From the human T2T-CHM13v2.0 reference genome, Homo sapiens: 64,000 nt of DNA. Positions 10,201 to 27,140 of this stretch are shown here, piece after piece. The translations under genes were made by a program, and so were the position numbers. Each line of letters opens with the position of its first letter. The stretch's first letter is position 1. Under the pieces are notes generated by a model, which did not search any database, was not told the origin of the DNA, and saw only the letters and a list, made by a program, of their open reading frames with translations. The stretch lies in NCBI RefSeq assembly GCF_009914755.1, contig NC_060942.1, one strand, 5' to 3'.

Positions 10201-13200
10201 AGTGCCACATTTGTGTTAAGAGGGAGAAGACGGTCCATAGATGAACAGAGAAACTTCCTAAGGACAGGGAGATGAGACCCCAGGTGGGTGGAGGGTCATT
10301 CCTGCATGTGAGGACTGCACAGCCTTCTCACCCAGGTCAAGGGAGAAAAAAAGTCTGAGGCAGGTACAGATGTATGCCAGAGTGGAGCACTGGCGTTGAG
10401 GTCACCCCTTCCAGACGGTCCCTGTCGGATTCTGGGCGAAGGAGAAGGGAAGGCTTTTTACTGCCAGTGGGGAGACCATGGAGGGCAGAGGAGCTGTGGT
10501 TGGGAGCAGGCGAACCTGGAATCCACAGGAAGCGGGGGGATGGAGTGTTGGAGGGTGAGCCACAGAGGGTGAGCTGTGCGCTCTTAGTAAGCAACAAACC
10601 AGGGTCAAAGGACAGGGAGGAACTGAAACTCTTAGAGCTGCGAGTCTTGTGCACGGATATAATGGGAGAGATAATAGCACAAAGGGGGAGCTGGAGAGCT
10701 GGTCTCAACCTGGATGCTGGTGTGTGAACCACTGACTTCAGTTTCAAATGTCTCATATGGAGATGATTATTTACGTACCCTACAATGCTGAGATGTTTTA
10801 CACACCTGAAGCCATGGGTTTGTTTGGAAGAGCAACCTAAAAATGTAATTGAGCACACTGGCTTCTCACTTGGCAATTTTCTGAATAAAACAAAAACAAA
10901 ACATCCCAAACAAGGAATGCACACCTGTTTTGTAAAATGCTCAAATTCAGGTCTCTGTCCACCTGCATTAGGATAAGGATAGACTAGATAATCCCAGTAT
11001 TTCACTGGCTTCACACAACAGAAGGTTTTTTCTCCCACACTGGAAGTAAGAGATGGGTATTAGCAATCAGTGCCTTACTCATGGCCACTCTGGGAGTTGG
11101 GGTTCTCACATCTTGGGACTCCGAGCTCTTTGAGGGGCTGGGAGTGCTCTGCATTGAGTCAGGGTATAGGGAAAGAGAGGGTGCTCACAGCATGGGGTGG
11201 GGGGCTTCACAGCCTGGCCTAGAAGTGGATCACAGCACTGAGGCTGAAAAGCAATGGACCCAAACTCAGCTGTGGCCGCTGCTCACTGCAAAGGGGGCTG
11301 GGAACGTGGCCCAGCTGTGTCCTCAGCAAGAGGAAGTGGGTTTTCTGAGCTGCCTGGGCAGCAGCCTCCCAGAGACCCTCCAGGCTGAGGAATAAGTGAA
11401 GTAACAGGTGCTGTTGAAATCAGAGCCTTTTAGCTGACTTCTTGAATTTATGGATTGACCCAGCAAAAACCTTTGACAAAACATCGTGAACTGCTCAAAT
11501 GTAAGGAGCTAAAGTGCACGTTAATAGGCCCCAAACAAAAGTGATCGATAATGATAATTAAATAAAGAGATGCTAAATTTATTTAACACCGAAGCTATAG
11601 GGGTAGCCAGCACACACACAGTTCTTTAGAGCCTAGATCTGTGGTTTGTAACTTTTCCATCCAGAACACACTTCCTACCCATTTATGGTCACCAATTATG
11701 AATGCACATTAAACACACTTTGCCCTTTTAGTTTTGCTAAATCATGGGGATTTTCAGTGTTTGCGTCTTCCCAGTAATGCAGGTGACAGTCTGTCTCTTC
11801 TCTCTCAGGTGTTTCTTCCTTTCTTCTTGAGATGAGTGAATTTCCACGTGTTGGATGCCCCTAAGTGGGAGGTCACATTGCTAACGTGTTATCACAAAAT
11901 GTCCCTTAGCACTTGGTTAGGGCCTTAGATGCTGTCAAAGGAGGTTGGGGATTTTCAGATTTAGCCCCAAATAAAGTGCAAAGGTCCTCTGGATATTCTT
12001 AAACATACAGGGGAGGGAAGGCCTCTTCGGTTTAATCTGACAATGCTCAGGGTCCCTGCATAGCCCCCCCATGGAATTGGCAGCCCCCTGGGGAGAAGTT
12101 GCTGGAAAAAAGCCCCTCCCCAAGGAAGGGATTGCCCCCCACCTGCTTACTGACACCACGTGAGACTTTAAAAGGACGTGAGGCCACGATGAACGCATTT
12201 ATTGAAGTAGAAATGGCTAAATGACAATCCTTTTATAGAAACACGCATGATTATTACAGAAAATTCAGAATATACAGAAAAGCATATCAGGAAAACATGG
12301 AAGACATAAAATGGTGATCTATTTCTGCTGCTGCTCTTGAGAGATAACCATTGTTAGCATTTTAGCCGATTTCCTCCCAGGCTTTTTTCAATGCAACTAT
12401 GCTTAACCCAAGTCAGTGTCATCCTGAACACACTGCATTATAACCTGACTTTTCTCATTCAACAATGCATCGGGAAAAATTTTTAATGATAGATTTCTAG
12501 AAATGGCATGCGTGTGTTGAAGGCTACATGTGTTTTAAAGGTGTTTGTCACCTATCGCCAAACTACCCTACAGAAAAGCTGTTTCCACTCATACCCGCCC
12601 AGCCAGAGAAACAACTTTAATGAACTCAATGACTCCATCAAATTGGCCGGTCTTGGGTCAGAATATTCAGCAGACAAATTGTGTGTGATGAGAGTGTGAA
12701 GGTGTGTGTGAGGCTTTTACACTCCTCTTAATAAATCAAATTACAGAATCTCAGGGCGGGCAGGCAGAATGCTTGAAGAGCAATCTAGTCTTCAGATAAT
12801 TCAGAATTCCATGACAGATCCTGAAAATGTGATTGAGGAAGAGAACATTTTCCTAGGTCAATAAGACAATGGCAGTGTATTTTTTTTATATTATTCTTCA
12901 ATATTATTGGGGGGAGTGCAGGTTGGGGAAAGAAAGTGAAGGAAAGGCGAACAAACACATGTTGAAAATTTTGTGTCCACCAGTTGAGAGCATGGATGAA
13001 TGCCTCATTACATGTGGGTGAATCCAGGGGCAGAACTGGAAGGGGTGTTGAAGCCATTGAAGGGGTATTGAAGTCATTTCTCAGATAAGGAAAGTGAGGC
13101 CAGAGAGGTGAAAAAGCTCACCCACTGTCACCTGTCTTGCTAACAGTCAGTTCCCAAATAGGCGTTCTCCCTCCTTCCTTCCCCTGTAACCAGTACCTGC

Positions 13201-13284
13201 CTGTATGTGCATGAGGACAAATGGTGTGACACTTTTATTAGGTCAACACAATATTTTTCTAGAGGATTTAATTATTTTTACTGA

Positions 13285-13597
<313 letters not shown>

Positions 13598-13879
13598 AAG
13601 TTGAACAATTTTTAAATAAATTTACTTTGTCACTTGGCATAATGGAGACCTAATTTAGGACATTGTCAACAATTCAACCCTAACTCCAACATCTTTGGGT
13701 CACGATTGTTTTGGTCTTACTTGGCATAATTATGAGTGACATAAATGCACACTTTGTTGTTTGATGGTCCGTGTGTGAGGAACAGTCTCTGGAGCTGTGC
13801 TGCCATTTCTGGAGCTGTGTCTCCTTGGGCAAGTTATTTACCTTTCTTGAGCCTCAATTTCCTCATCTGTAAAATGAGA

Positions 13880-14354
13880 TGTGACAGTTAATCTTATGTG
13901 TCTACTCGGCAGGGCCACAGAATGCTCAGATATCTGGCTAAACATTCTCTCTGGGTGTGTCTGCAAGGGTGTTTCTGGATGAGATTCACATCAGAATCAG
14001 TGGACTGAGTAAAGCAGGTAGCCCTCCCCAGCGTAGCTGGGCATCCTTCAATCTGGTGAAGGCCTGAATGAAACAAAAAGGCAGAGGCAGGTTGAATTTG
14101 CATTCTCGGCCTAACGGGCTGAGCTGGGACATCGATCATTTCCTGTTTTCAGACTGGGACTTATACTACAGCCTCTCCTGGGTCTCAGGCCGTCAGGCTA
14201 GGATGGAAACGACGCCCCAGCTTTCCTGGGTCTCCAGTCTGCAGACGGCAGATTGTAGGACTTCTCAGCATCCACAGTCATATGAGCCAATTCCTCATTC
14301 CGTATATATGTGGTCTCCTGTTGGTTGTTGCACTGGAGAACCCGGACTCGTACA
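13880..14354 (+). mobile_element. ERVL solo LTR (MLT2-like) inserted in a MIR (MIR halves about 13790-13879 and 14355-14460)
   Basis: gttaatcttatgtgtc...gggtgtttctggatgagatt...agtggactgagtaaagcag...ctggagaaccc. The MIR core is interrupted at ctgtaaaatgaga. Confidence 0.8.
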
Positions 14355-14509
14355 TGAGGATGACGTGAGTTCTTACCTCAGCATTGTAAGCATTCAGTCA
14401 GCTGCCACATGTCAAGTGCTTCACACCGTGCCTGGCACGTGGGATGTGCTATTTGAATGTCTGATATTCTGGACCTTGGTCATGGTGGTGCAACTTCAGA
14501 AGCAGCCTG

Positions 14510-14891
14510 TGCAATGGACTGAATTATGTCCTCCCCAAATTCACACGTGGAAGCCCTAATCTGCAATGTGATTGTATTTGAAGATAGGGCCAGGAGGAGG
14601 TGCCAAAGGTTAAAAGAGGTCATGAGGATGAGGCGGGGTGAGACCTTGATATGACAGGGCTGGTGACCTTATAAGAAGAGGCAGAAACACTTAGCCCTCT
14701 TTCCAGCACATGAGGACAAAGCCAGAAGGCAGCTATCTGCAGGCCAGGAAAAGGCCCCCACCAGAACCCAAATCTGCTGGTCCCTTGGGTCTCACACTTC
14801 CAGCCTCCAGAATGGTGAGAAAATACACTTCTGTTGCTTAAGCCACTCCATCTATGATATGTTGTTAGGGCAGCCCCAGCTGACTAATAGA
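14510..14891 (+). mobile_element. MaLR solo LTR (MLT1A-like)
   Basis: atggactgaattatgtcctccccaaattcac...cttccagcctccagaatggtgag...gctgactaata. Confidence 0.8.
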
Positions 14892-15167
14892 GCCCACTTA
14901 CATGATAACCCACTCTTGAAATCACCAGCTGGACACAGTGTCATGCTTTCTGTTCTCTGGGCATGGCACAGAATGCCTTGTCAGCAAGCGTTTGTGAGAT
15001 GAATGATGGACCAGTGACAAACAGGTGAGCCCCTCCATTTAATGCGGTTATCCCACCTCTAGCTTTCGCCTTATGGTAGGATCAAAGGGATGCGATGGTG
15101 CCACCTAGTTATGAGAGGGGTCACTGTTCACTGGATACCTCCTGGGTATCAGGTGCTTTACGATGAA

Positions 15168-15805
15168 CAGTCAAACCTCATTATTTGCAGATTCTGTATT
15201 TGAGAATTTTCCTACTTGCTGAAATATATTTGTAACCCCAAAATCAATACTGGGTGTTTTCACGGCCATTCACAGACATGTACAGAAGGGTGAGGAATGT
15301 GGGTCTCCTGGCGTGCCCGTGCCCAGCGGAGGCTGCCCAAGGCGGTGCCCTGACTTCCTATTGCAGCTCACACCGTACACAAGCGTTCTGTTTGTGCTCT
15401 ATTTACTGCCACATTGTTTGCAGTTTGGTCCTTTTTGTGAGTGATTTTGCAGTTGAAAATGATGTCCAAACATAGTGCTGAGGGGCTCTCTAGAGCTCCT
15501 AAGTGCAGGAAGGACATCGACTATGATGTGGAGAAAATCCTTGTACCAGGGAAGCTTCATTCAGGCATGGGCTATTGTGCTGGCCAAGAGTGCATGTGCA
15601 TGAATCAACCCTATCTATTTAAAAAGGTGTCTTTAAGCAGAAACACATATAAAACAAGGCGATGTATTGATTGGGTGATGAAAATATTGTGACCAGAGGC
15701 TCAAATAACCTGTATTTCCTGTAGGAACAATGCCTCAGTATTCCTAATTCAGTGTTCACAACAACTTCATAGAACAGAACTACCATGGATACTGAGAATC
15801 GATTG
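15168..15805 (+). mobile_element. TcMar-Tigger DNA element (MER82-like)
   Basis: Starts cagtcaaacctcattatttgcagattctgtatttg...tttgtaaccccaaaatcaatac. Degenerate matching TIR at about 15787-15805. Confidence 0.75.
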
Positions 15806-16406
15806 TGATTCCTCCTCCTCAGAATAACACTGTGGGTACTGTCCCTGTTTCGTAAGGAAGAAGACAGTGGCTGAAACAGTCTGATGATTGGTGCTGGATA
15901 ACATCGAGTCAGGATCCGCATCTGCCTCCGTCGGCTTCTTCAGCCTGTGCATTTTCCAGTGCACCAAGCCGCTGGTCCCAGCCCAAAGTGTGGTGCTCCA
16001 AGCCTGTCCTCCTGTTCTCTGGCCCTCCTTTCTTTCCTCTCACCTGTCACACTTTCAGACAGTCACCAGGAAGCAGGCATAAACCTTGCGGAATGACGAG
16101 ATCTGCAAGCTCAGGAAAGCCCCACGCCTCTGTCTTGGGATACTCAAACCACACCTCCCGGGCAAGGGCTCCCCTGGGGTAAGACCCTGATTTTCTCAGT
16201 CAGCATTCAATTAACTCCATTCAGCCTTTGCTTCCAAAATTTAACACCTCTGAAAGCAGGATGCATTTTGCCATCAGCGGCACCAATGCTGCAGGCCTCT
16301 TGCGATGTCGTGGTTGCTGTCCACACGGCCTCCTCCATGGTTGTTTCCCCTGGTGGCCTGACAGGACCCCGCAGACCCCTAATGTTAGTTTAAAAAACAT
16401 TCAAGA

Positions 16407-16556
16407 TGCTGGGTGTAGGGGCTCACACTTGTAATCCCAGCACTTTGGGAGGCTGAGGTGGGAGGATTGCTTGAGTCTGAGGGGGTCAAGGCTGCAGTGA
16501 GCTGTGATTGCACCTCTGCTCTCCAGCCTGGGCAATAAAGTGAAATCCTGTTTTTT
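16407..16556 (+). mobile_element. Alu monomer (FAM/FRAM-like or recombined AluJ)
   Basis: About 150-bp single arm: tgtaatcccagcactttggg...gctgcagtgagctgtgattgc...ccagcctgggc. Confidence 0.85.
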
Positions 16557-17222
<666 letters not shown>

Positions 17223-18164
17223 GTTTTAGGAGGAATATGAGCCACAATTGTATGAAAATCTTTCCTGGACACCTTCGGATAAGATGAAATAAACTTGGAG
17301 AATGGCATCTGTGTTGGAAGAAAGTTCTGGACTCCACAGTGGCTTGCTCCAGAAAAGCCAAACCATCAGCTCTCTTGACAGCACAGAGAATGCCAGTGTG
17401 TGGGAAACAGACCGCGGTCACCCTGAGCGGCAAGGGGCTTTCCAGTGCTTAGGCTCTGAATGTGAAACATTTTAGAAAGAGATGAAACAATTTTTTTCGC
17501 TTGTATTTTCCTATGTGTTTGAAGGTCGATAGATGATAAAAATGTGTCTGAATAAGTCTGATTTAGTCTCAAAGATCTCTTTCAATAAACCTAAACATTT
17601 CAAACAGATAAGACAGGATTGTGTGATAGTTTAATTGGTGGTTGTTTTTCTTTCTTCATGGTACATAAGTTAACAGTGCCTCTTTTAAAGGTTAAGTCTC
17701 AAATTTGATAAAATACTACGTGGTTGGCATCAGGAAGCTAGAATGCTCCAAATCAGGACAAAAGACCATGTCAGAATAATATCTGGGCCCCAGGCAGAAG
17801 TGGAACAGACTACCGGAACCCTATGCCTCGTGAACTCCGGTCACGCAAGGGTTGAAGTGCCACTCAACGTTTCTAGCCAACTCACACGTGTTGCATGGCA
17901 TATCTTATTCCAGTCATTTGATTTCAGTATTTTTGTATATTTGTTTTTAGTATATCTGTTGTAAACAGCCTATAACTGCATTTTTTAAACAGTTGGACAA
18001 TTTTTCTCTTTGAAGTGGAGCAATTAGCCTATTTAGAGCAGATAGAATTAGGGGTTTATTGGATTCATACTTGGTATCTTGCTCCTTGCTCTCCTCTTCC
18101 CTCCACTGCACCCTGAGCCTGGTCTGGTTCTTCCTCTTTCTCATCTTCCTTATCTTCTTCTTCT

Positions 18165-20250
<2,086 letters not shown>

Positions 20251-20479
20251 TCAGGGTTGGAGGTCATGCCTGCCCCCTTTCCCAGGGTATCCAGGTGGTC
20301 TCTTGCTGCCCAGTACTGCCAGTCACAATGTCCCAGGTAGATCCTTGGCCTCACCCAATGCTCTGGAGATTTCTGTGCCTCTTATTTCCCAACAAGATTC
20401 ACGTTATCATAGGTATTAAGCTGGACAGAACCTTGTAAGTCACCTAGGCCAAATATAATCTCCCACCAGAACCATTTAG

Positions 20480-20710
20480 GAATGTCACTGGGCAGGAGTG
20501 AAGGCGCTGGAGTCAACTGCCTAGCCCCAAGCTTGGCTTCACCAATTACCGTGTGAACTTAACACAAGTCACTCAGCCTTTCTGGCCTGCCTACTTCTTG
20601 CTGTAAAATGGGATGAATATTAGCAACCATAAATGTGTGTTTTGAGAGTGAAATGAAAGATGAGTAAAGCATATAGTATAGTGCCTTGTCCCAATATTAA
20701 GGGAATTGTA
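20480..20710 (+). mobile_element. MIR
   Basis: ctggagtcaactgcctag...caagtcactcagcc...ctgtaaaatgggatgaata. Confidence 0.65.
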
Positions 20711-23049
20711 GCTGTTGTTGTTATTATTCCTGTCAGAATTTCCCATGGAACTTCATAAATATGCATAGTCAGATTCTCTCCTGGATCCCTAAGATTTGCA
20801 GAATTTAATGTTCCCGAGTGCGGCCTTCATGGGGAAGCCCAGCAGCCTCCGTAGAGAAGTGCAAGCCACAGCCCTCCATGGAAACTACCCGTATGGCCAG
20901 CCCTTCTTCTATTGAGGCTAAGCATCTTACTCATGCCTAAGGAATGGGTTGGTCTAGACTACTACCCAGATCCCTGATCCCACCATGGCCAGGAGTTCCC
21001 TCTGCCCCTCCTTTGTGCCCCTCTGCCCACACCATCTTCTGCCTAGAGTCTCATTTCCTTAGGACTCCCTCTTTACCAGGTGAGAATCCCTGTAAACCAG
21101 CTAAACGGGTCGGTGACTAAGTTAAATGTCCTGTAGGTGAGTCACCCTCCTGAGAGCTACAGTAATGCCTCTTCTCCATGGAAGGGAAGGCCCATCAGTG
21201 GATGCATCTGTTCCCCTGCAGGTCAGGACTATGCCCCTATGGCCCCATGCGTGCGAGGGTACACACATGCTGGGCACCAAAAGCCCTTGTCTTGTCTGCC
21301 CACCCATGCCCCGGTGAACTCCTTCATTCGGTCAACAAACACCACTGCTCATGGGAGGTGCAGGCAGCAAAGAAACCAATTCAGCACTTGCTCGCTTGAC
21401 GTGTACAGTTGGTGGGACAGAGACCATGTTTTGCAGACTTTTCATCCTCACTTTAGTACACTAGGTGCCCAGTGAATGAGAGCTGAACGAGTTAAAGCAC
21501 GAGCAAAGTCACACAGAACGGTCGCCATGTGAGTGCTCATGGCGCGATGCCCAGCTCTGCCGCAGAAGCAGGTCTAGCGGTTCTGGGCCATTGGCTTCTC
21601 CTGGGGCTGCCCTCCCCATCGTCACTGGAAGGCTGGAGGACTCTCCATTATGGAGCCCAGGGGAGGTTGAGGACGTCCCTGCACTCCCCGCCCTGTAAGC
21701 ATCCACCCCCTCATTTACACAAGGAGGGAGGGGGGTTTAGTTCCTTGAGGGGTTGGTGCCAGATTGTTGAAAACCACTGGGTTTCTTACTGCTGCTCAGT
21801 GGTTGAATTCGATATAAAATACATGTTCCTGTTCATTGCCATTTATGTGTTAGTTATCATTAACAGCCATTATAATTTTTTCCCAGTGGCAATTACATTG
21901 ATATTACTATATCTAAATCAAAGAGGACATTACAGCAATTACTGTCATAAGTTGATTGGGAACCACCTAATTTTTAAGTGACACTATTTTCTTATCAGCA
22001 CGATAATTTTCCTTCGCAATAAATAATATACCAGGAGAGCTGTGCAACCACCAAGTGTATTCAGCTTGGTTTGCAAAGAGAATCTAACGTGCCATCTTGC
22101 ATATGATTTTTTTTAAATAAATGGAAGTGTACTTACAGTTTCTTCTTCATGTAAGAAGAATAAAACCAAGATCTGAAATCCTAGGATTTGAACATATTTT
22201 AACAGATTTTGAACCCAATAGCTGAACTGCACAGGGATGGGAAGAGAAGGAGCTTTTCACACTTTCAATCTGTTCTTCAAGGTGATGAAGAGGAGGGGGC
22301 AGGAAAGGAGGAAGGGGGAGTCAGGAAGAGGCCTGGGTCAGTGGCCTCCCTTCCCTTCCCCAGCAGAGTAGCTCTCACATCCAGGGTCCCTGGCTCTGCC
22401 CAGGTGGGTGCTGTCTGGATGGGTTGCAGAAATTCAGGCAAGATTAATATTGCTCTTCTTTCCAGACCACCCCAGGTGCCAGGAAGCTGTACTGGCCACA
22501 GCCTTGGGGCACAGTGGGAGTTCTGCCTGCCTGTCTCCTGCACCTGCCTGCTGGTGCCTCAAACTCCTCTCAGCTGGACCAGAGCCTTCCAGTTCCTAAG
22601 GGGCGCTCACTGGGACTCCACATGGGTGATTTCACAGTGAAGTCAGTGGTCCCTGAGGGCTGGTTTCCAGGGGGCAAGCTTCTCTCTCCCGGGGGTTTGG
22701 AGAACGACACTGCCCCTCGGTGGGCACTGGGTGGGTGGGGCTGGCCAGCAGGGAGCCCGGGCTTACCCTGAAGGGCAGCGGGTGGTCGCTGTCTCTCTCC
22801 AACCCACGGTTCCACTCTACCTCGAGCCCTCCAGAGTCTGTGGCCCACTACCCCAATGCCCTCCTTCCCACCTCACCCCCTTCAGCTAGTGGAAGGAGGC
22901 AGCTGATCCTGTTCTCCTAGTTCAAAATAGTTTCTTCATCTCCATATGTGCAAATTTCAGCTCAAATGCCCCCTGCACCCCTGCATAGAGCTGGCTGCAA
23001 ACAATTCATCCTTCCTCTGAACGCCCGCTGGGACACTTCCCAACTTCTG

Positions 23050-23450
23050 AGTCAGGCAGATCTGGCTTAAGGACTTGGACATTTTCCAGCTGTGTGACAT
23101 TGAGGAATTTACCTGGCTTCTCTGAACCACAGTTTGATCAATAAGTGAAGAGGAAGATAACTTCTTTGGTCATCGACACTCTGAATGCTTACTGAGTACC
23201 TGCTATGTGTATGGTTTTGAAAAGCTTTGGGCCCCACTGGTAAAGCTGCCAGGTCCCTCCCCAGTTGTCCTATTTACTGGCCCTGGAACCTCAGGCATGT
23301 CTCTTCAGTGCTTTGTGCCTCAGTTTCCCCATCTGTAAAATGGGGGTGATAATAATGGATCCTACCACGGGGGCTAGTTATGAGGATTAAAGAAGTTACT
23401 ACCTAAAGCTGTTGGATCAGTGCCTGGTGCACTACAGAAATGTTAGATTT
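23050..23450 (+). mobile_element. MIR fragments
   Basis: gcctcagtttccccatctgtaaaatgggggtgataataat...tgaggattaaa. Confidence 0.7.
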
Positions 23451-23454
23451 ATTG

Positions 23455-23637
23455 ATTTAAAAAAATGGCACCTCTTCCAGATTCTATGTTGATTACAAGT
23501 TGGAATGACAGTATTTTGGATATATTGGGTTACATAAAATACATTCCACATTTTTAATGTGGCTATGAGAAAATTTTAAATTCCGTATGTGGCTCTCATG
23601 TGTGGCTCAAGTTACTGTCTCTATTGGACAGTGTCAG
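23455..23637. mobile_element. hAT-Charlie MITE (MER33-like)
   Basis: tattttggatatattgggtta...ttttaatgtggcta...ctattggacagtg. Confidence 0.7.
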
Positions 23638-25080
23638 TCTAGAAGACACTGGCTGAGGATTAGATGAAGTAACATGCACCAAGCGCTTAGCATAAGGCCT
23701 AGATCACAGTAGGTGCTGAATAAATGTTGTGTCTCTCCTCTGCCCTGCCTTTCCTTCTCCCGAAGCCTCTCGTTATTTGTGCACCTGCGTTGCTCCCTCC
23801 CTGTTGAAGTGTGAGGTCTGTGCAGGTAGGATTCTACCTGGGCCCTCCTGCCCCTCCTGCAGACTCAGAACCTACAGGCAGGAGATTTGGACACTTGCAA
23901 TGGATGGCTGAGGCCACTTTCTTGGAGAGGGTATTCTCCCAAGCTCCTGGCAGTATTGTTACGTGGCAAAACACTTCCCTATTGTTCATACTGGAACCTA
24001 GGACTAGGGGCTCCAGCTCAGCCAGGCCTCAGCCCTCCCTTCCCCGCTGCCCAGAGGGGCCCATGTCCCACCTCCGTGCACTCTCCCAGCTTCCAGGGTT
24101 CCAGGGGGCTGAAGACACGGGGGAGGGGAAGGAAGAGAACAAACAATGTTATAGGTTAACTTCATATTTTCTCTTCCTTCATTGCATTCGGGCTGCATGA
24201 AGGGCCAGGAAATGTGAACTAAACATGTGTGTGATAATGAGATTGTTGGTGGAAAGTCAGCTTGAAAGGACTGGGAGCAATTAAGCTTGCTGACTTACAC
24301 AAGCTAGAATGACAAGATGCCAGAGCCGGCCCCGCTCACCCATATAATAGGGCCCTGTCCCCCTCAGCCTGTGTGTGGAGTGGGCCTGTCAGCCCCAAAG
24401 TGAGCATCCCCATTGCCAGGGAGCTGGGCCTGCCTCCTCCTCCTGACTCCTGCTCCACCAGGCCCTGGTTGCATGGACTGCCACTAGCAGACACCTGTGT
24501 CCAAAGACTCTCCGATTCCATGAAAAGTTGTCCCCTAAAGGAAGTACATCTGTCCTGAGTCCTCTCTCCTGCAGTTGTAACCGAATACTTTAGGACATCA
24601 GCAGGCTGCCCACAAACCTCAGTCAGTGCCCTCATAGTGCTCCCAATAATGCTCCTGTTCTTGCAGACCTGGCAGTGCATGGGCAGAGGAGTGACACTCT
24701 TAACAACATGGCCTTTGAAGGCTTGGGCAAGATGAGCAAGCAGTGTTCCTGAGGCCTGGGGCCTCTGAAGTCACACACGTGCTGAAATCCAGGAAGCTTG
24801 ACAGGATCCTGCCTAAAATTGCAGAAGGCATGACTCCTACACCTGCTGTTTGTTTTTGGAGAAAATGAGGATCTTGAGCTCAGTTTCAAGGCTTCCCTGG
24901 CTCACAGCCCTGCTCAGGTGCAGCCCTCCACACTCACATTCCTTCCCACCTCCAGGAAAATGCAGAGCTCAAGGCTCTTCCTAGATCTCTGTCAATATCC
25001 CTCTTGCAAAGAGATCCCAGCATGAGTGGGATCCCAGCACGCAGCAAAGGGAGGCCATTTCCACGCACCGCCTTGATTCC

Positions 25081-25450
25081 TGATAAGGTTTTGCTGTGTC
25101 CCCACCCAAATCTCATCTTGAATTGTAATAATCCCCATGTGTCAAAGGTGGGACCAGGTGGGGATAATTCAATCATGGGGGCAGTTTCCCCCATACTGTT
25201 CTCCCGATAGTGAGTGAGTTCTCAGGAGAACTGATGGTTTGATAAGGGGCTTCCCCCTTCACTTTGCTCTCATTCTTCTCCTTCCTGCTGCCATGTGAAG
25301 AAGGACGTATTTGCTTCTCCTTGTGCCATGACTAAGCTTCCTGAGGCCTTTCTAGCCACGCTGAACTGTGAGTCAATTAAACCTCTTTCCTTTGTAAATT
25401 ACCCAGTCTCAGGTATGTCTTTATTAGCAGTGTGAGAACGGACTAATACA
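25081..25450 (+). mobile_element. THE1 solo LTR (ERVL-MaLR)
   Basis: tgataaggttttgctgtgtccccacccaaatctcatcttgaattgta...gagaacggactaataca. 5-bp TSD ATTCC/ATGCC. Confidence 0.92.
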
Positions 25451-26656
25451 ATGCCCCTTAGCTGGTCATGGGGTCCAACTCTCATTCACAGTCTGCTTAC
25501 TGAAGTTCTTCTCTCTACCCCAACATTTGGTGATCTTGGCAGCCAGATAAGGGTGAGGCCGAGGGAAAGTCGTTCATTCCTGCCCCTTGGCATTGGCTCT
25601 GGGTAGCCGGATTCCCAGGACTGTATGCAGTCACCAGCATTTTTCATGCTTTTCGTGTGGGTGGCCTTTCCCGGTAAGGAGAAAGATATACACACAAGGA
25701 GCCATGACTGCCATGAGAGACCTCTCTCATCATGACCAGTGACTCTGATGCCACACTTGGTTCCAGCCATTGGCTTCTGGTTAGGGACTGATGTCCCTCA
25801 TCCCTGACGGTCCCATGGAGTGATGCCTGGGGGATGGCCCATCCTGGTTGAGTTTAGGGCTGTGTCATAGCTGGTCACACGTTCTTAGGGATCACGTCCT
25901 CTATAGTGGAAAAGTGAATGAAGTGTTTGAATGGAACACAACCTGCTTGCTGATGTGTGGCAAGCCTCTCTGTGGGTCCCTTTCCTAGTCATGAGCTTTT
26001 AAATGACAGAATTTTCCACCGAATATTATCACAGATTTTCTGCCATTAACAGAATAGGTGGATGACCTTGGAATAAAAAGCTCTAGAAAAAGAATGCTGC
26101 ATATTACTTTTTTAAAAAATTGGAAGTGCTTTATATTATGCTGGGAGAGTACAGCAGGGAGAGGCCCACCCAAGGCTTGGGTGAGAGTGGCAGAGTGGTG
26201 TGTCCTAGGGCAGCTGCCATTCCTCCTCGGGCCTCAGTTTCCCCCCTACAAAACAAGGCAGGTAGATGATACCATCTTTAAGGTCCCTCTTGGATCGGAA
26301 GGTCTGTGGTTCTCTTGTCACAGCTATAACTCAGCAGCATCTTTTACCCCTTGGGGATGCGTGCAAAAGCAGACACTATGGGGAAAACATTATCACAAAC
26401 CAAGGAACCGTGGATTCGGCAGGGTGGAAAACTCCTCATCCTCAAAGAAATAGTGTGAGGAACAAAGTTCTCTTTCACTCCCAAAATGACTAAAAACAAG
26501 CCATTAGTCATTTTATCAAAGAGGGGTTAGTCCTGATTCCACTGGCCAGCCTTCATTTTGGGAAAGTGATTAACTATAAATTTATCTTTAAACTTTCAAC
26601 CATTCAGCACCATAAGACTGGAGAAAATAAAAATAAAAAAAATAAACTTTCAACCA

Positions 26657-26955
26657 GGCCAGGTGCGGTGGCTCATGCCTGTAATCCCGGCAATTTGGGA
26701 AGCCGAGGTGGCAGGACTGCTTGAGCCCAGGAGTTTGAGACCAGCCTGGGCAGCATACGGAGGCCCTGTTTCCACCAAGAAAAAAAGAAATTAGCTGGGC
26801 ATTGTTGTGTGTGCCTGTGGTCCAAGCTATTTAGGAGGCTGAGGCAGGAGGATCCCTTGAATCCTGGAGGTCGAGGCTGCAGTGAGCTGGGATTATGCCA
26901 CTGCATTCCAGCCTGGAGGACAGAGCAAGACCCTGTTGCTAAAAAACAAACACAA
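26657..26955 (+). mobile_element. Alu (AluJ-like)
   Basis: gcttgagcccaggagtttgagaccagcctgggc. TSD AAA(C/T)TTTCAACCA. Confidence 0.95.
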
Positions 26956-27140
26956 AAATTTTCAACCAATCTCCATGTTCTTTAATAGATAGACACTCTG
27001 CAAGTTAAAATGACTACTGGTGTGTAGTACAAGAAGGGTGCTTATGGCCAGCATAAAGACATTTATTTGGTGTCACCTGGCTCAGTTTTAGGCAGGGTAA
27101 GGGGTCTCTGCTGGCAGCAGCCAATAGCCATGGCTCACAT

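Noticed and set aside
10337-11038. 233-aa minus-strand ORF
   Set aside because: Non-ATG start, no recognisable domain, and it overlaps decayed repeat-like sequence.
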